Below are positions 58,102 to 64,000 of a stretch of 64,000 nucleotides of DNA, one piece after another (the first letter of the stretch is position 1; the number at the start of each line of letters is the position of its first letter). Location of the stretch: the NCBI GenBank assembly GCA_963761335.1, contig CAVXGR010000018.1, positions 576,001 to 640,000 of the forward strand, given 5' to 3'. Made by a program: the position numbers and the translations under genes. Source of the stretch: an uncultured delta proteobacterium (GTDB taxonomy: Bacteria; Desulfobacterota; Binatia; HRBIN30; BPIQ01). The notes under the pieces were generated by a model. That model was not told the origin of the DNA and ran no database searches. It saw nothing but the letters and a program-made list of their open reading frames with translations.

Positions 58102-58884
58102 ATGGGTAAGCTCGCCGTGATTACCGGCGCATCAGCCGGCATTGGTCGCGCCACCGCGCTTGAGCTTGCGGCTGCCGGTCTGCGCGTAATCGCGGTCGGA
58201 CGCCGCGGAGCGCAGCTCGCAGAGCTGTCCCGGCTGAGTACCTCCATCGAGCCAATCGTCGCCGATGTGACGACCCAGGAGGGCCGTGGGCGGATCTGCG
58301 CAGCGGTGGGGCAGAGGCCCCTGTATACGCTCCTGCACGCGGCCGGGGTCTTTCCACGTGGACGGATCACGGCTTTGTCGCCGCAGGAATGGCGCGCGGC
58401 AATCGCAACGAACGTGGAAGCGCGCCTGTGGCTCGTGCTGCGCCTGCGCGAACGACTACGCGGGGGCCGCGTCTTGTTCATCGGGTCGGATGCTGCAACG
58501 ACGCCGCGCCCTGGCGGCGCCGCATACTCGGTGACGCAGGCTGCGACGGCGATGCTGTGCCGATGCATGGCAGCCGATCTCGGGGAGGAGATGGCGATTG
58601 CCATCGCAAAACCGGGCCTGGTGGCGACCGGCATGCTCACTGCGTCTTTGGGTATCGCGCTTGACGAGTTCCCGGCGCGCCGCATCTATGAGGAGATGCA
58701 GCGCCGTGGCGAAACCATTGCTGCCGAGACCGTGGCGCGCTTCTTCCGCTTTCTGCTGTTGGACGTAGAGACAGGGGAGCTCTGCAAAAGCGAATGGGAC
58801 ATTCGCGATACGAGCCACCACACGCGCTGGCTGCAAGGCAACCTGTACCGTGGAGCGCCTGAAGAGATGGACGACGACGAATAG
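58102..58884 (+). CDS. SDR family oxidoreductase (atypical YxxxQ)
   Basis: TGASAGIG, HAAG, AYSVTQAA and PGLVAT.M. Confidence 0.85.
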   Translation: MGKLAVITGASAGIGRATALELAAAGLRVIAVGRRGAQLAELSRLSTSIEPIVADVTTQEGRGRICAAVGQRPLYTLLHAAGVFPRGRITALSPQEWRAAIATNVEARLWLVLRLRERLRGGRVLFIGSDAATTPRPGGAAYSVTQAATAMLCRCMAADLGEEMAIAIAKPGLVATGMLTASLGIALDEFPARRIYEEMQRRGETIAAETVARFFRFLLLDVETGELCKSEWDIRDTSHHTRWLQGNLYRGAPEEMDDDE

Positions 58885-59091
58885 GCAGGACATCCACGCT
58901 CTGCCAACAATACTACTCGGCTGCGAGTCCCAGCCGCACCCGGCCAGCAGGGCGGCGAGGAGGAGAACCGAAAGTCGCCGCAGCTCATTCATGCGGTCAG
59001 CGCTCGGGGAAGCGCAAGCCCATATACCGGTGGCTCCGATACGGCTTGTTGACGAGGCAGTGCGACTCGATCCCAGCGACGAGACCGGCAC

Positions 59092-60108
59092 TTACTCGGA
59101 GTATCGGTTCGCATGCCGGCGCGGGGTGTCTCCGGTCCAGCGCCTGAAGGCGCGCGTGAAAGCCGCTGCATTGGAGAACCCGAGCAGAAACGCGATCTCT
59201 TTGATCGAATACCGGTCTCTGCGCAGGTAGCCACGAGCAAGGTCTTCGCGCGCCTGGTTGAGAAGCATGCGGTAGTTTGCGCCCTCCGTGGCCAGCAGGC
59301 GATGGAGGTGGCTTGGACTCAGGCAGAGCCGCCGGGCGATGATTCGCTCGGTCGGTCCATCCGGCATGGTTTCCAGCAAGGCCCGGAGTACCTGGGCGGA
59401 AAGCGTCTCCTGCTCCATCGCCGCAAGCTGCTGCGCGACGATTTCATCACTCTGCCGGGCAAGTGCGATATTCCCGTCCGGAAGTCGCCGTTCGAGGTCC
59501 GTTCTGGCGTACTCGATCAGGTTCGTATGCGCGCCGAATTGAACCTCGCATCGAAACGTCTTGTGGAAGCGGTCCACGCTCGGTGGCGCCGGACGCCGCA
59601 TTCGGATCACCGATGGGTTGACCCCACGGTCGCTCGCCAGGGACCGCACCCCGTGAACGATCAGCGCCGAAAAGGCGTCAATCCCCTCGAAGGGAGGTCC
59701 ACCCGGAAAGCTGGTGTCGATCTCGAAGGTCCCGCGGTCTTTCGTGATGGTGAAGCGGAGGGCAACGGAGTCACTGATGAAGCCCTGGTACCGCACCAGA
59801 CGGCCGAACATGGCCTTGAGATTCGGGCTGGCGATGATTCCGTAGGCCAGGGCCCCGAGGGTCGCAGGGGTCACGAACCGTGGTACTGTCAGCCCGAAAC
59901 AAGGATCACCGGTGACCTCGACGGCGCGGTGCCAGAAATCCGTGACCGCCGACTGCGGCGCCCGTATCTCGGGATCACGAATTACGCGAGCGGTGACCCC
60001 TGCATCGAGAGCGATCTGCTTCCCGTCGATCCCTTCAGCGTCAAGGGCGCGGATGATGGCGTGAACCCAGTTCCCGAGGACGGAAGGCGTTCTCCTGTGC
60101 GTCGTCAT
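59092..60108 (-). CDS. AraC family transcriptional regulator
   Basis: Arabinose_bd_2-type N-terminus; C-terminal SIKEIAFLLGFS..AAF.RAFRRWTG.TP. Confidence 0.93.
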   Translation of the reverse strand: MTTHRRTPSVLGNWVHAIIRALDAEGIDGKQIALDAGVTARVIRDPEIRAPQSAVTDFWHRAVEVTGDPCFGLTVPRFVTPATLGALAYGIIASPNLKAMFGRLVRYQGFISDSVALRFTITKDRGTFEIDTSFPGGPPFEGIDAFSALIVHGVRSLASDRGVNPSVIRMRRPAPPSVDRFHKTFRCEVQFGAHTNLIEYARTDLERRLPDGNIALARQSDEIVAQQLAAMEQETLSAQVLRALLETMPDGPTERIIARRLCLSPSHLHRLLATEGANYRMLLNQAREDLARGYLRRDRYSIKEIAFLLGFSNAAAFTRAFRRWTGDTPRRHANRYSE

Positions 60109-60324
60109 CTGCAGACTCGGGCATTTGGAAACCATAGAATGGTGAGAAAAGCAAAGAACATGAGAGATTCGGTATAGCATTTGCGCTGGCAAAATTGCCT
60201 CGAACTGCCGATACTCCCTGCACAATCGAAGGAGGTAGAGATGGCGCGTTTTCAGCTGTGCAGGAGGCCGGTTGCGACTGACCTCGCGCACCGGATGCAA
60301 GGCGAAAGTCGAAAGGGGAAAGAC

Positions 60325-61575
60325 ATGAAACGATTGACGGCTTCGACCTTGATCTGCTTGTCAACGGTAGCGCTGCTTTGCTTTCTCGCCGTGGACGCAT
60401 CGGCGAACCACCTGCACTACGTTCAAATAACAGACACGCGCTACTACCCGGCTACTCTCGCCGACGTCTTCCCAGCCGATCCCGACACTCCCCTGCTCCG
60501 GTGGATCGTTTACGCGGGTAACGATTCGGCCGTTACCATAGACGATGGCGTAAACACGTATGCCGATAGCACCGGCACGGGTACCGTCAAAGCGGTCTTC
60601 GACGCCCCCCGGTCGCAGGACGTCACGCTGCCCCAGCAGACGGCGCTTTTCGAGTTCAAGGTATTGGCGCTCGACACCTTCGGATCACAGACCATCCAGT
60701 TCGGTTGGACCGACCTCATCAATGTCATCGAGTGGGACGAAGCAGGGCAATCCATTACGGGCACCAAGAATGACGGTTCCAACACTCCAACCACGAATAT
60801 TCCTCGCTGGAGTGATCTCGGGGATCTTCCTCTCCGCATTCGGCTCTACTACAATTTCGCCGACTTTGTCTTTACCGCCGTCGTGACCGACGAAGGTGGC
60901 ACCGAGTTGGGGAGGTTCAGCTTCCATGATGTGGCCAACTCCTTCAAAAACTTCTATGACTTCCCCGGCACCGACCCCGACAATCTCGACATCTACCCGT
61001 ATGTCTTTTGCAGCGCCCCTTGCTCGGTCCAGGCTCTGGCCTGGAAGGACATGGTCTGCGATACGGTGGGCGGCGAGGTAGACGTCGACAATTGCCGGGT
61101 TCGAGGCGTCGGCGACGGCATCATCGAGCCCGGCGAGACCTGCGACGACGGTAACACGGTGTCGGGGGACGGCTGCGACGGAAACGGCCAACTCGAGAAG
61201 ATCGGCTGGAAGTGCCAGGAGGCCATCGGCAAGGCCGGCGAGAAGTATGTGAAGGACCGGCTCAAGAACCTCCAGAAGTGCCGGAACCTACTGAACAAGG
61301 GCGTGGCGCTCTTCCAGGACAAGGACCAGACCCTGGCCATCACGGACCGGTCGGAGTGTCCGAACGAGTTCAAGACCGCGGGCAATCTCACGAAGACCCG
61401 CGAGAAAGTCCGAAAGCTGGTCGCTGCCAAGTGCACCGACGCACTCGTCGGCGCTCTTGCCACCTGCGGTAAGACCGTCGACGCGCTCGTGTCGCCCGAC
61501 GGCACGGCCGGGTGCCTCATCGAGACGCACGACGCGGCCGTCGACGCCCTGCTCACGGCGCAATACGGTGGCTGA
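60325..61575 (+). CDS. Secreted protein with myxobacterial Cys-rich repeat and helical Cys-containing C-terminal domain
   Basis: Signal peptide; GDGIIEPGETCDDGNTVSGDGCD; C-terminal CQEAIGK...CR...C...C...CL...H. Confidence 0.8.
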   Translation: MKRLTASTLICLSTVALLCFLAVDASANHLHYVQITDTRYYPATLADVFPADPDTPLLRWIVYAGNDSAVTIDDGVNTYADSTGTGTVKAVFDAPRSQDVTLPQQTALFEFKVLALDTFGSQTIQFGWTDLINVIEWDEAGQSITGTKNDGSNTPTTNIPRWSDLGDLPLRIRLYYNFADFVFTAVVTDEGGTELGRFSFHDVANSFKNFYDFPGTDPDNLDIYPYVFCSAPCSVQALAWKDMVCDTVGGEVDVDNCRVRGVGDGIIEPGETCDDGNTVSGDGCDGNGQLEKIGWKCQEAIGKAGEKYVKDRLKNLQKCRNLLNKGVALFQDKDQTLAITDRSECPNEFKTAGNLTKTREKVRKLVAAKCTDALVGALATCGKTVDALVSPDGTAGCLIETHDAAVDALLTAQYGG

Positions 61576-61672
61576 AGCGGGACTCCACTCGGGTGGCTCG
61601 ATCATCGCCGCGTCGGAATAGCACATGCGCGATCGCCGGACGCCAGGCTTCTCGTTCCGTTCTCATTCCCGG

Positions 61673-61756
61673 TTCTCATCCCGTCGTTTTCCATTTCTCT
61701 GAGGACCGCGGCGAGTCCCCGACCGCTCAGAGCAATGGAAAACGACGGGATGAGAA
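61673..61756. repeat. Palindromic intergenic repeat (family copy 2)
   Basis: ttctcatcccgtcgttttccatttctctgag ... ctcagagcaatggaaaacgacgggatgagaa; same core as 48133-48224. Confidence 0.85.
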
Positions 61757-61824
61757 TGAGAACGACGGAATGAGAATGACGGGATGAAACGGGGAGAGCG
61801 CGCCGCTCTCCCCGTCACCGCCGA

Positions 61825-63302
<1,478 letters not shown>

Positions 63303-63306
<4 letters not shown>

Positions 63307-64000
63307 GAAGTCCTCCTCGTTGGTTTTCCGTTGTCGTGAAGTGCGGCGCGGCCCGCTTCAGGCTCGCCGCGGAGACTCCGGTGGTTGCCGTTGCCGCCGT
63401 CGGCGCGCCGGGCGCTGGCGACGAACAGTGCCGGTCCCTTCGCCTGCGGCTCGGCCGGCAGCGGCAGAACCCGAACCGATATGCAGCCGGCATCGCTCAG
63501 CCAGCTCTCCAGCACGGGGCGCTCGAAGCCGAGCCACACGTGTCCCATCTTCTGGCGGTACTCGAGACGTTCGTGCGGAAACATGTCGACGATCAGGATA
63601 CGGCCGCCCGGGCGAAGCGCTCGAGCCGCCTCGCGCAGGGCCGCCGGCGGGTCGCCGAGATGGTGCAGCACCAGGCACATGGTGGCGGCGTCGAGCTCGC
63701 GATCGGCGAGCGGCAGGGCCTCCAGCTCGCCGGCGCGCAGCTCGACGTTCTCCAGGCCGCCGAGGCGCTGGCGCGCCGCCTTGAGCATGGCGCGCGAGCT
63801 CTCCACTGCAATGACCCGGCCGACGAACGGCGCCAGCGCCTCGGCGATCTGCCCAGTGCCGCAGCCGAGGTCGCCGACCACCCATCCCTCGTCGAGCAGC
63901 CCGGCGAGGGCGTGGAGATCGAAGCGGCTGCCGAACAGCTCGGTTCGCAGGCCGTCCCACTGGCCGCTCGCGGAGCTGAAGAATGCCTGCGAGCGGGTGC
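63303..64000 (-). CDS. Methyltransferase-fold protein, probably the C-terminal part of an ArsR-methyltransferase regulator (SahR-like); 5' end outside window
   Basis: [33 protein letters not shown] and MGHVWLGF; coupled to ahcY through an ATGA overlap. Confidence 0.8.

Overview
A very GC-rich bacterial window. The secreted proteins with Pro/Thr linkers and Cys-rich modules resemble Candidatus Binatia or myxobacterial deltaproteobacteria (inference). The main feature is a roughly 25 kb His-Xaa-Ser (Hxs) RiPP-like supercluster at about 0.4-25.3 kb. It has a precursor (13469-13858) with a 56-aa leader, 24 consecutive HxS triplets and a terminal Trp. Two divergent arms each contain an hxsD / small hxsD-like / hxsB module, and one HxsB lacks its CxxxCxxC motif. 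In total there are 7 intact and 3 motif-less radical SAM domains, including a B12-rSAM/rSAM fusion. The cluster also has an internally deleted Trp-halogenase homologue, an HTTM-like membrane pair, two Tat-exported paralogues, and a 'GW' domain that recurs four times. An HExxH-type peptide-modifying enzyme lies 4 kb downstream. The rest of the window holds: a 2-oxoacid:ferredoxin oxidoreductase; an SpvB/FG-GAP/RHS polymorphic toxin with two paralogous candidate immunity genes; a serine hydrolase; a GNAT; an IPTL-CTERM-like lipoprotein; an acyl-CoA dehydrogenase; an inactive-transglutaminase/ATP-grasp pair; a 9-heme cytochrome that shares a C-terminal domain with a protein inside the Hxs cluster; a WS/DGAT; an AraC regulator; and ahcY with its probable ArsR-methyltransferase regulator. 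There are several REP-like palindromes and octamer tandem repeats. No rRNA, tRNA, CRISPR array or transposase was recognised. Apparent frameshifts may be sequencing or assembly errors. All family calls come from motif recognition by eye, not from database searches.
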